Virus record (IMG/VR): IMGVR_UViG_3300022177_000058
Span: 1 to 33,464 of that record
DNA length: 33,464 nt
Strand: one strand, 5' to 3'
Source of the DNA: a virus
Taxonomy: Duplodnaviria; Caudoviricetes
The position numbers were made by a program, and so were the translations under genes. Under the pieces are notes generated by a model that did no database searches, was not told the origin of the DNA, and saw nothing but the letters and a program-made list of their open reading frames with translations. This document shows positions 18,502-25,818 of this stretch, piece by piece (position 1 is the stretch's first letter; each line of letters opens with the position of its first letter).

Positions 18502-18921
18502 TTATTTAGATGGGGGGGATGTGCGTTTCGCCCACTCCTCTCCCTTGCTTGTCAAGTTGCCAGTAACCCTGTCATGCATTGCATCGTGACATGCCCTGCA
18601 CAAGCTTAAGAGGTTCCATAGAGCCAGCCAAAGATTAGGGCTCACATCAACCGGGTTTACATGGTGCACTGTGTCCGCCGCCCTTGTCCGCCCATATCTT
18701 TTGCACTGCTGGCACAGATATCCATCGCGCCTCAACGCCTGATTTCGCTTGCGGATCCACCTCGGGTCTTTGTATTTGTTTGCCACAGAGTCAATCCTTT
18801 CGTAGTAATCGTTGATGGCTTTATCCCCACACCAGATATGATTACTTGGTGTCGGCTCATGTACCTCGCTATACTTCGCGGCAATCACTCCCCGCATATA
18901 GTCTTTCTTTGGTTTGTGCAT
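18502..18921 (-). CDS. HNH endonuclease (terminase accessory, HK97 gp74-like)
   Basis: RDGYLCQQC, VHH, NLLSLCRACHDAMH; true start may be the internal GTG (VANKYK). Confidence 0.9.
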   Translation of the reverse strand: MHKPKKDYMRGVIAAKYSEVHEPTPSNHIWCGDKAINDYYERIDSVANKYKDPRWIRKRNQALRRDGYLCQQCKRYGRTRAADTVHHVNPVDVSPNLWLALWNLLSLCRACHDAMHDRVTGNLTSKGEEWAKRTSPPSK

Positions 18922-18952
18922 TCCATCACCCCCAAGGTGATAACAAACAAAA

Positions 18953-19049
18953 GAGCCCTGGCGTTAACCGAATGGCTCTTTCTCTTTATGCGTATAGGTT
19001 CTTTTGTTCAACTTCCTACACTAGCACTATAACCCAGATTCTTGTCCTG
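18953..19049 (-). promoter_or_regulatory. Late promoter module copy A: CAGGACAAGAAT box, TATAGT -10, downstream hairpin with U-tract
   Basis: Box 19049-19038, -10 19031-19026, hairpin 18978-18953; duplicated at 20250-20343. Confidence 0.6.
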
Positions 19050-19062
19050 TGAGTGCGGTTGT

Positions 19063-19110
19063 TTATATTTTTTTTGATACCAGCCAATAAAACCTTCTTC
19101 GACGTTTATA
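19063..19110 (-). pseudogene. Relic 3' end of a second ArpU-like gene
   Basis: Translates YKRRRRFYWLVSKKI* versus YDRRRRFYWILSKKI* of 20357-20761; in-frame TGA just upstream. Confidence 0.8.
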
Positions 19111-19145
19111 ACCTCGTCATTCATGTTTGTTTTGGGTAAAAGAAA

Positions 19146-19168
19146 AGAACCACCGATGGGATGGTTCT
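19146..19168 (-). terminator. Terminator of two-gene moron
   Basis: AGAACCA..TGGTTCT stem followed by TTTCTTTT on minus strand. Confidence 0.65.
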
Positions 19169-19186
19169 ATATTAGTATTATATATT

Positions 19187-19420
19187 TTATACTTTAGGCT
19201 TCTTAAACACACAAATATTTCTTTTGACGAAAACTGATTCACAGCAGTTAAAGTTTAAATCCACGTCCCCCACGGAGAAGTCCGTAGTACTTCCCACTTG
19301 AGGGATGATGTTGATTAGCTCCCATTCTTCTGCCCCGAGATCATTAAGCAATTCATCCAACGCGCTACTATCTTCGATATGCTCCGCTTCAAGATATATT
19401 GTTTTGTACTCCCATTTCAT
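19187..19420 (-). CDS. DUF4177-like small protein
   Basis: MKWEYKTI..LNDLGAEEWELI..VFKK pattern; GGAGG SD. Confidence 0.75.
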   Translation of the reverse strand: MKWEYKTIYLEAEHIEDSSALDELLNDLGAEEWELINIIPQVGSTTDFSVGDVDLNFNCCESVFVKRNICVFKKPKV

Positions 19421-19436
19421 CCTCAATACCTCCCAC

Positions 19437-20183
19437 TTATACAATCTTCCCTTTTTCTTTTAGCTTCATCTTTCTTTGCTGCTCTAAGTTGCTACAAAAG
19501 ATCTCAATTGCAGGGTAGGAATCTTCCGCTCCTGCAATTTTTCTAAAATTATCTAACACTCGTTTACCATCTTTTGGGCTAACCTGAAAAGAAAATTGAT
19601 GTTCAATTATTTCCCTATCTACGATGCTATACTGCCAAGCAACAAGTATAGATTCAAGCAAATTCAAATATGAAATAGTGTTCCATCTTAGTTTTCTTAT
19701 ATGCTTTTTACCCAATGATATTTTTTTCCTGCAATCAGCATCATCGCCATCGCACTCAGCGCATTTATCATTTTTTTCTTTTTTATCGCTCTTTTCGTTT
19801 ATGGCCTCCATAATGTCGTCGTATATGTTGCAGTTTACCTCAAATTCTTCTTCAATAAATAATTTCCTGCACTGCTCCCCATCAAATTTTTCTACGATTT
19901 TCTTGACGGAATTCATTTCTTTAGTAATTGTCTGCGTCCATTGAAGCAAGAGATCTACCGCTTTTTCCCGTCGTGATTTTTCATGTTCTGATTTTATCTG
20001 AAGAACTATCATTAAGAGAGAAAGCAATGTCAAAATAACAAGCACTATTTGGGTAGCATCAACTATACCAGAATATTGAATAAGCCAAGCATTTATTCCT
20101 ACTAGATTAATTATTTTACCAAACAATATCCCTAAAGCAAATACAATTACGAGAATTATTTTACAAATCAGTGACTTATTCAT
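19437..20183 (-). CDS. AT-rich membrane protein (2 N-terminal TMs, DUF4760-like soluble domain)
   Basis: Two hydrophobic helices, SRREKAVDLL, YLNLLE, YPAIE; AGGAGG SD; own promoter. Confidence 0.65.
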   Translation of the reverse strand: MNKSLICKIILVIVFALGILFGKIINLVGINAWLIQYSGIVDATQIVLVILTLLSLLMIVLQIKSEHEKSRREKAVDLLLQWTQTITKEMNSVKKIVEKFDGEQCRKLFIEEEFEVNCNIYDDIMEAINEKSDKKEKNDKCAECDGDDADCRKKISLGKKHIRKLRWNTISYLNLLESILVAWQYSIVDREIIEHQFSFQVSPKDGKRVLDNFRKIAGAEDSYPAIEIFCSNLEQQRKMKLKEKGKIV

Positions 20184-20214
20184 ATTTCCTCCTTGAATTG
20201 ATTGTTTTTCTTTC

Positions 20215-20243
20215 ATAATACCGTAATTATTTCCAGAAATCAA
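20215..20243 (-). promoter_or_regulatory. SigA-type promoter of moron
   Basis: TTGATT-17 nt-TATTAT. Confidence 0.75.
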
Positions 20244-20249
20244 CAGAAA

Positions 20250-20343
20250 GAGCCGTGGTCTTAGCCGAACGGCTCAATCTTGGAGGATCAAATGACTTTT
20301 TACATCATTCCACGCTATTATTAAAGCATACATTCTTGTCCTG
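20250..20343 (-). promoter_or_regulatory. Late promoter module copy B
   Basis: CAGGACAAGAAT 20343-20332, TGcTTTAAT at same spacing as copy A, hairpin 20275-20250. Confidence 0.6.
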
Positions 20344-20356
20344 CGATTACCCCTCT

Positions 20357-20761
20357 TTATATTTTTTTCGATAGTATCCAGTAGAACCTTCGCCGGCGGT
20401 CATAGTACATCTTCTTGCCACATGGGATTCCCATAATCAGCCTCAAGTAGTTAAATGTGATGCCCTCATTCGTCACCGCCTTAATGAGATACTGATAGAT
20501 ATCCGGGTCCGCTTCGATGGCCGTCTGCTCAATCAGTTCGCACCGCTTTGACAGTTCGGCCCTTCTTATCCCCATCTCCTGGGTTGGGTTGGATATCCCG
20601 CCGCCTCCAGGCATGCCACTCAATTCCGTTTCCCGGTATTCAGGCTTGAGGTATTCCAGTTCATCCTTCCACTCCTGGTACTGCAGGCAGAAGTAATATA
20701 GTTCCCTGAACCGGTTCTTGCTGATGCAGTACTTGTTCGGGTTCAATGGTCTTGTGTTCAT
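20357..20761 (-). CDS. Late transcriptional activator (ArpU/RinA-like)
   Basis: ELYYFCLQY, SNPT, C-terminal HTH-like YYDRRRRFYW; last early gene before packaging module. Confidence 0.75.
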   Translation of the reverse strand: MNTRPLNPNKYCISKNRFRELYYFCLQYQEWKDELEYLKPEYRETELSGMPGGGGISNPTQEMGIRRAELSKRCELIEQTAIEADPDIYQYLIKAVTNEGITFNYLRLIMGIPCGKKMYYDRRRRFYWILSKKI

Positions 20762-20810
20762 CGTATTGCCTCCACTTCAAATAAGCCTCTTCATGAAGCC
20801 TATAGAAAAT

Positions 20811-21641
20811 CTATTTATTCATTCGCCTTGATGCCTCGCGTATGGTTTTGGCCGCAAGGTCCCTGTTATGTTTTCCCACGTCCTCATACTTTCGGAGCCG
20901 GATATAGAATCTGGTTCCGTTGATGAGGTCCTCTTCAATTTTGCAATCCGTGAAGGTCCAGCCTGCATACATCTTTTCAAACAATGCTCGGTCCTCTGGA
21001 TTCCTCATGATCTTTTCGGCCATAGTGGCTGTGATTGCTTTGTCGGAAACTATTGGCTCAGGTTTAATAAGTCCAAGCGAATATCCCCAGGTCTTTTCTC
21101 CCTTTCCCAGATCATCCTCTTTTGTGGCCGCCGCCTGTCTTGCCATATAAAGCGACTTCCCCGTTACTCCATATTCGTCAAATTGCAAGCGGTCGGAATT
21201 GCATCTGCTATGGGCCCAAAGTCTCTCGGCCGCATCTCTGTCCATGCCGTTTATGATCATGTGGCAATGCAACCTGACCTTGTTCCCATTGTTGTCCGTG
21301 TTGGAGACAACGTATATGTATTTCAGCGGTGAGAGTCCCATCTTTTTTCTAAACCGCTTCAACCGTTCGACGTAATTCTTGATGTCTCTCTTAACCTCTT
21401 TTCGGGTTGATGGAAGATGCTCGCCCTCGTATGTTAGGTCCAGATATAGATCCTCTTCTGTGAAATTCGAATGCACTAGTCTTACGAAATATCTCTGGGC
21501 CTTTTTGTTATTCAGATTCCTTTGGGCAGGGCATGACTCCTTAACCCTTTTTGCTCTCTGAAATTTCTTTGTTCTTCCAGAGATCGTAAATATCTCTGCT
21601 TCGCAAAACATTCCGCACTCATATTTCTTTTGTCTCCACAT
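20811..21641 (-). CDS. HUH-family rolling-circle replication initiator
   Basis: Motif I LDLTY, motif II RLHCHMII, motif III SLYMAR; only plausible initiator in the early region. Confidence 0.75.
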   Translation of the reverse strand: MWRQKKYECGMFCEAEIFTISGRTKKFQRAKRVKESCPAQRNLNNKKAQRYFVRLVHSNFTEEDLYLDLTYEGEHLPSTRKEVKRDIKNYVERLKRFRKKMGLSPLKYIYVVSNTDNNGNKVRLHCHMIINGMDRDAAERLWAHSRCNSDRLQFDEYGVTGKSLYMARQAAATKEDDLGKGEKTWGYSLGLIKPEPIVSDKAITATMAEKIMRNPEDRALFEKMYAGWTFTDCKIEEDLINGTRFYIRLRKYEDVGKHNRDLAAKTIREASRRMNK

Positions 21642-21854
21642 ATATACACCTCAGATGTTACTACTCATTACAAGGTCGAATACTCTTCGCCCGAGTTCTT
21701 CAGCTTACCCTGTTTATGTTTACATTAATTTCCATTTCATTTCAGCTCGTTGCGGCTTGCGGCTCCGTCCGAACCAATTGTTCCTATATATAATGTAGTA
21801 ATTGCTTCAAAGGGTATGCCTGGACCGATTGATCCAGGCGTTTACAAATTTCAT

Positions 21855-22073
21855 TTATTGAATTTGCTGAAGGATCTCGGCCAGCATAGCCGCCTCCTCA
21901 TCCGTCAAGGTGATGCCCTTTCCCATCTTCTCATGGTCTGGAGACCAGTCCCGGATATCTATCTTAGCGGGCTTATCATTCCACCGGATAAGGTTAACTT
22001 CTTTCGTCCATCCTTTGGGCGATGTGGATATGATTCCGAGGGTCTCTATGATTTCATGTTTGATATCAGCCAT
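21855..22073 (-). CDS. YdbC/PC4-family ssDNA-binding protein
   Basis: GWTKEVNLIRWN..KIDIRDWSPDHEKMGKGITLT signature; GAGGAGG SD. Confidence 0.9.
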   Translation of the reverse strand: MADIKHEIIETLGIISTSPKGWTKEVNLIRWNDKPAKIDIRDWSPDHEKMGKGITLTDEEAAMLAEILQQIQ

Positions 22074-22167
22074 TTTGTTCCTCCTCTTCCTTGGATTCGA
22101 ATTGGCCCGATTCTTCCATATCGGAATAGAATCCACTGTTTATAGAATCCTCTGGTTTATACTTCAT
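22066..22167 (-). CDS. Unannotated 33-aa acidic peptide
   Basis: MKYKPEDSINSGFYSDMEESGQFESKEEEEQNG; GGAGGG SD; overlaps both neighbours. Confidence 0.55.
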   Translation of the reverse strand: MKYKPEDSINSGFYSDMEESGQFESKEEEEQNG

Positions 22168-22456
22168 TGCTTCCCTCCATCTCTATGGCGATCCTACCGA
22201 GCTGCCGGACAATCTTGTTTTCCTTCACTTCCTCGACTGCATCTGAAAGGTTGAGCAGTATCTTCAGCTGGCTGATCATGATTTCGGCATCGGCCATCTC
22301 ATCGGCCAACCGGTAAAGCAGGTAGTCATCTGGATCCTCGATGTAAGCTTTAATCTCATATATCAGTTCTTCCAGCTCTTCCAGGGATTTAACTAATTGC
22401 TTCTCTAATCCGTAATGATTAGCGATGTATTTTAGTTGTTTGTTAAGTGTGGCCAT
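22157..22456 (-). CDS. MazG-like nucleotide pyrophosphohydrolase
   Basis: KSLEELEEL..DEMADAEIMISQL motifs. Confidence 0.75.
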   Translation of the reverse strand: MATLNKQLKYIANHYGLEKQLVKSLEELEELIYEIKAYIEDPDDYLLYRLADEMADAEIMISQLKILLNLSDAVEEVKENKIVRQLGRIAIEMEGSNEV

Positions 22457-22473
22457 CTTCTTTCCTCCTGGCT

Positions 22474-22839
22474 TCAAACATTCCTTGAATTCCACTGGTC
22501 TATAACTTTGTGTTTTTTCTCTCCGATGATCGCAACCCCGCATCCACATTCAATAATCCACGATCCAGGATGATCCGGCATAAAAGTAGCCATTTCATGT
22601 GTGTGAGGCTCAATTTCTTTTAGATCAACCTTTCCTCCACAGAAAGGGCATGTCTTTAATTCATCTGCCTTCTTTTCATATTCTTCAACCAGTTTTATTA
22701 CCCCTGGGATTTGTGTCTCGTCTTTTGGTACTCCGCATTGATATTTGTGCAACGGGCATCCTTTTTCGTCGCACCTGTCTTCGTGATCGTTGCAGATGAT
22801 ATTTATTCTTTTTAGATATTCGCTCGTTTTCATATCCAT
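22474..22839 (-). CDS. Lar-family (restriction alleviation) zinc-finger protein with extra N-terminal Cys domain
   Basis: LKTCPFCGG..IECGCG..IDQWNSR. Confidence 0.75.
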   Translation of the reverse strand: MDMKTSEYLKRINIICNDHEDRCDEKGCPLHKYQCGVPKDETQIPGVIKLVEEYEKKADELKTCPFCGGKVDLKEIEPHTHEMATFMPDHPGSWIIECGCGVAIIGEKKHKVIDQWNSRNV

Positions 22840-22874
22840 TTCTCCTTCATACTCTCGATATCCTTATTCTTCTG

Positions 22875-23126
22875 TTAATCATCATAGGTATATATCTCGC
22901 CCTGGCCGTCTGAATAATTAAAAAATATGGGTCCGGTCTTCCCGGTAAGATAATCGATCCGATCTTTGAGTTTTGATGTTTTCATGTAGGCCTCGCAATT
23001 GAGCCAATTATCCAACCCGGTACAATTTGGATCTTTGTCCTCTATGGCTACTTTGTTATTGAGGTAGTCGCATTTGCTGCATCTGGCCCTTTGCACTTCA
23101 TTTTCCATGTACTTTAATGGCTTCAT
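22875..23126 (-). CDS. Hypothetical Cys-containing phage protein
   Basis: ATGA overlap, AGGAG SD, CSKC motif. Confidence 0.65.
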   Translation of the reverse strand: MKPLKYMENEVQRARCSKCDYLNNKVAIEDKDPNCTGLDNWLNCEAYMKTSKLKDRIDYLTGKTGPIFFNYSDGQGEIYTYDD

Positions 23127-23392
23127 GCTCCTGATATCCTCATTTCTTTTCTATCCTGCAGGTGGCCACTGATCTCGCTCAGCTCCGCGATAAGATCATC
23201 CAGCGCATCTATTCCAATTGAGAGAATCCCATTCTTTTTACTTATTATGGCCAGGGTATTTTCCTTGTAGGCATAATTCAGGGCCTTAAACCGGTCAGAT
23301 TCGATAACGTAGAAGCCCCGGCCCTCGATGATGTTCTGGCCGCTGTTCAGGGATTTTAGCAGCTCATCTATTGTTTTCCGATTTCTTTTCAA
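23123..23392 (-). CDS. Hypothetical phage protein (TTG start)
   Basis: AAGGAGG SD 7 nt before TTG; shorter than the ORF-track call. Confidence 0.6.
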   Translation of the reverse strand: MKRNRKTIDELLKSLNSGQNIIEGRGFYVIESDRFKALNYAYKENTLAIISKKNGILSIGIDALDDLIAELSEISGHLQDRKEMRISGA

Positions 23393-23537
23393 GAGATTCC
23401 TCCTTCTTACGGATCCGCTCCTTCGTGGCCCAGACCATCTCATCTCCCCGGTAAACCGGACCGGATGGCTGGTCATAATTTGGGGTATATCCCGCTTCAT
23501 TTGTGCGAGGGACGATATCTTCTATTATTGTTCGCAT
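23364..23537 (-). CDS. Unannotated 57-aa hypothetical protein
   Basis: MRTIIEDIVPRTNEAGY..KKSENNR; AGGAGG SD; fills operon gap. Confidence 0.6.
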   Translation of the reverse strand: MRTIIEDIVPRTNEAGYTPNYDQPSGPVYRGDEMVWATKERIRKKEESLEKKSENNR

Positions 23538-23545
23538 GTTGCCTC

Positions 23546-23728
23546 CTACTTCGCTCCTTCGGTATTTTCTGTATTTTGTTCTTCCACTTTAGGACAGATT
23601 TCTATTTCTCTTGTCCACTTGCCTTTATATGGTTCGTGTGTACAGGCGGGGAAAGACATGCTCCCTCCATGTAAAACCCTTAAATGCTTACAACCCTTAC
23701 ATCTGCCAGTAACTTCATTCTCATACAT
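23546..23728 (-). CDS. Small Cys-rich protein
   Basis: CKGC..C..CP; AAAGGAG SD. Confidence 0.7.
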   Translation of the reverse strand: MYENEVTGRCKGCKHLRVLHGGSMSFPACTHEPYKGKWTREIEICPKVEEQNTENTEGAK

Positions 23729-23749
23729 GGGTATATCTCCTTTCGCTCA

Positions 23750-23914
23750 TCATATATACAAAGGTATTTTGTCTATTTTGTAGACTCCAGAGCCGTTGTA
23801 ATAGCATCCGTCCATTTTGGATTGAATATACTCTTCTGCTTTTTCTCTCGTTTCGGTCACAACACATAAATCTGTCGTTCTATCTACGACCCAATACACA
23901 TACACTACAAACAT
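23750..23914 (-). CDS. Unannotated 54-aa hypothetical protein
   Basis: MFVVYVYWVVDRTTDLCVVTETREKAEEYI..; AAAGGAGG SD 8 nt upstream. Confidence 0.65.
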   Translation of the reverse strand: MFVVYVYWVVDRTTDLCVVTETREKAEEYIQSKMDGCYYNGSGVYKIDKIPLYI

Positions 23915-23963
23915 TCCTAAAGCCTCCTTTCGCCAATTCGGGCATTAATCAAAGCTAAGTCTT

Positions 23964-24293
23964 TTAATCCCACATTTCTCCACCAACGTATTTAATAAAA
24001 TCTTCTTCGTGCAGCTGCTTCGTTGGGTCAGAGGATCGGCTTCGAGATTCTGCTATCATTTCATATTTTCCTGCAGAGCAGACCATGTCGGCCTGGCCTT
24101 CTGAATAGTCATAACCAATCGTCCTTCCGCTGTGGTATGCATTGCAATAATCGCAATACCAAAAATGAAGCACGTCCCGGCGAAACACATACCATGCGTC
24201 TCCTATCTTTCGCCTTACCTGATAAAACGGCCTAAGCAATGGCCATACGTAATATTCGTAAATGCTTACTTTTTTTGGGATGATGCTACCCAT
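23964..24293 (-). CDS. Hypothetical protein with CDYC motif
   Basis: AAAGGAAGG SD before MGSIIP; operon orientation. Confidence 0.6.
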   Translation of the reverse strand: MGSIIPKKVSIYEYYVWPLLRPFYQVRRKIGDAWYVFRRDVLHFWYCDYCNAYHSGRTIGYDYSEGQADMVCSAGKYEMIAESRSRSSDPTKQLHEEDFIKYVGGEMWD

Positions 24294-24347
24294 AACATTC
24301 CTTCCTTTCTGGATATTACCTCCAACTACAGGCATATATAAAATAAC

Positions 24348-24376
24348 TTGACTACCATCAACTCAACATTTACACT
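24348..24376 (+). promoter_or_regulatory. SigA-type promoter of antisense HTH moron
   Basis: TTGACT-17 nt-TACACT. Confidence 0.8.
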
Positions 24377-24397
24377 GACCTAAAAGGAGTTGATAAT

Positions 24398-24616
24398 ATG
24401 GATAAAATAAATTTAGACGATTACACCATGGTTCTCCCCGAACACCTCTCCGTTAAACAGAGCCGTATTGCCCTGGGACTTACTGTAGATCAGGTTGCTG
24501 ATCTGGCCAAGATTAAACCGGAGCATCTTCGGCTGTACGAAGAAGGATCCAGACGAATTAGCTCATTTACCCGCCGGCGCCTTTTAAGGGCAGTCAATAA
24601 ACCTTCATTCATTTAG
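24398..24616 (+). CDS. XRE-type HTH protein (stand-alone moron)
   Basis: RIALGLTVDQVADLAKI..LRLYEEG; AAAAGGAG SD; own promoter and terminator. Confidence 0.85.
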   Translation: MDKINLDDYTMVLPEHLSVKQSRIALGLTVDQVADLAKIKPEHLRLYEEGSRRISSFTRRRLLRAVNKPSFI

Positions 24617-24639
24617 CCGCTTCATAGCGGTTATTTTTT
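24614..24639 (+). terminator. Intrinsic terminator
   Basis: TAGCCGCT-tcat-AGCGGTTA followed by T run. Confidence 0.7.
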
Positions 24640-24838
24640 ATAGTAGCGCTCCGGTAACGTCCCGGATTATGGCCAGGTGGCTGTCACATTCAATATTTAC
24701 CTTCTTGGTAAATCCATTGTTGAATACGATATATACATTATTTCCTTCGTCATCCAGGAAGCACTGCTGGACCGCTTCACCGGCAAACATCAGCATGACC
24801 CCTAACAGCCGGACAAATTCGCTTTTATTCATCGGCAT
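24638..24838 (-). CDS. Small hypothetical phage protein
   Basis: GGAGGTG SD; VNIECDS..AIIRDV. Confidence 0.7.
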   Translation of the reverse strand: MPMNKSEFVRLLGVMLMFAGEAVQQCFLDDEGNNVYIVFNNGFTKKVNIECDSHLAIIRDVTGALL

Positions 24839-24840
24839 GG

Positions 24841-25818
24841 CTACACCTCCAGGCCTTCCATGAAGGATTTCAAAATGGTTTTTAGGAAGGCCGTCATTTT
24901 CTCCTGCCTTTCCTCTTCCAGGTGTTCGATAGTTTCTTTTATTTCATCAAATACTGTCTGGAACTGCTCGGCTTTGATTTTGATTTTCAGGATGTCCTCG
25001 TTGCCGGTAGCGGCCAGCTCTTTGGTCAGGCGCTCGACGTTAGCCTTGGCTTCTTCCAGTTCTCGGTTGGCAGCTTCCCGGGCCTGCTGTTTTGCCGCTT
25101 CAATTTTCTTCGCCGCTTCATCGTCTGCTTTCTTCAGGGCCGCCTCAACTTTCTTTTGGGTCTCCGCTTCAGACTGATCTATCTTATCTTTCAACTTGGA
25201 CTGGGCTTCCTTGTTCTTTTCCAAATCGGCTCTGAGTTTTTGGATTTCCTGCTCCTTGGCTTCCAGTTCTTCCTGATTGCCGGATCCGGACGCTTCTATG
25301 TTCTTCATTTCTGCCCAGGCTTTATCCAGGTCCTCTTCAATCTTCAGTCTTTCCTCTAGGGCTTTTTGTGCGGCCGCTTCGAGATCGGTGTTTTTCTCCT
25401 TCAGGGCTTTGATTTCCGTTTCCAATTCCTTGACGGTCATGTCCTTGATATCGTGGTTTTCCACAAAGGTTTCCACCTCTTCTTCGGGTAGCGTCAAAAG
25501 GCTCAAAGCCTTGGTATAACTCAAATCCGACATTAATGTCGTTTTTGAAAACAGGCTTCCCAGAGTTGTGTTTTCATTGCCATATTCACCGGCAATTTTC
25601 ATGAATCTTTCCACCTTTTTAGGTGTGTATCCGGTGTTTTCTTCGATGTATTCGTACCAACCGCCATGTGGGATTAGTTCTTTCAGCTCCTCAAAACATC
25701 TTCCTATCCGGATGGCGCCTAATAAGGCTGTTGACTCCACATGCTCAATGGTGGCCTTTACCTCTGCTATGATAGTTTCTTTGGTCCTGGGGATAATGTT
25801 GATGATCTCTGTATTCAT
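24841..25818 (-). CDS. DUF3102-like domain protein with long coiled coil
   Basis: IRIGRCFEELKELIPHGGW..RFMKIA, LSYTKALSLL; charged heptad C-terminus. Confidence 0.8.
   Translation of the reverse strand: MNTEIINIIPRTKETIIAEVKATIEHVESTALLGAIRIGRCFEELKELIPHGGWYEYIEENTGYTPKKVERFMKIAGEYGNENTTLGSLFSKTTLMSDLSYTKALSLLTLPEEEVETFVENHDIKDMTVKELETEIKALKEKNTDLEAAAQKALEERLKIEEDLDKAWAEMKNIEASGSGNQEELEAKEQEIQKLRADLEKNKEAQSKLKDKIDQSEAETQKKVEAALKKADDEAAKKIEAAKQQAREAANRELEEAKANVERLTKELAATGNEDILKIKIKAEQFQTVFDEIKETIEHLEEERQEKMTAFLKTILKSFMEGLEV

Noticed and set aside
19005-19124. 38-aa minus-strand ORF MNDEVINVEEG overlapping the ArpU relic
   Set aside because: No SD; the region is better explained by the relic in another frame plus the promoter
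21807-21854. 15-codon ORF MKFVNAWINRSRHTL after the PC4-like gene
   Set aside because: Very short, no clear SD, coincides with a hairpin
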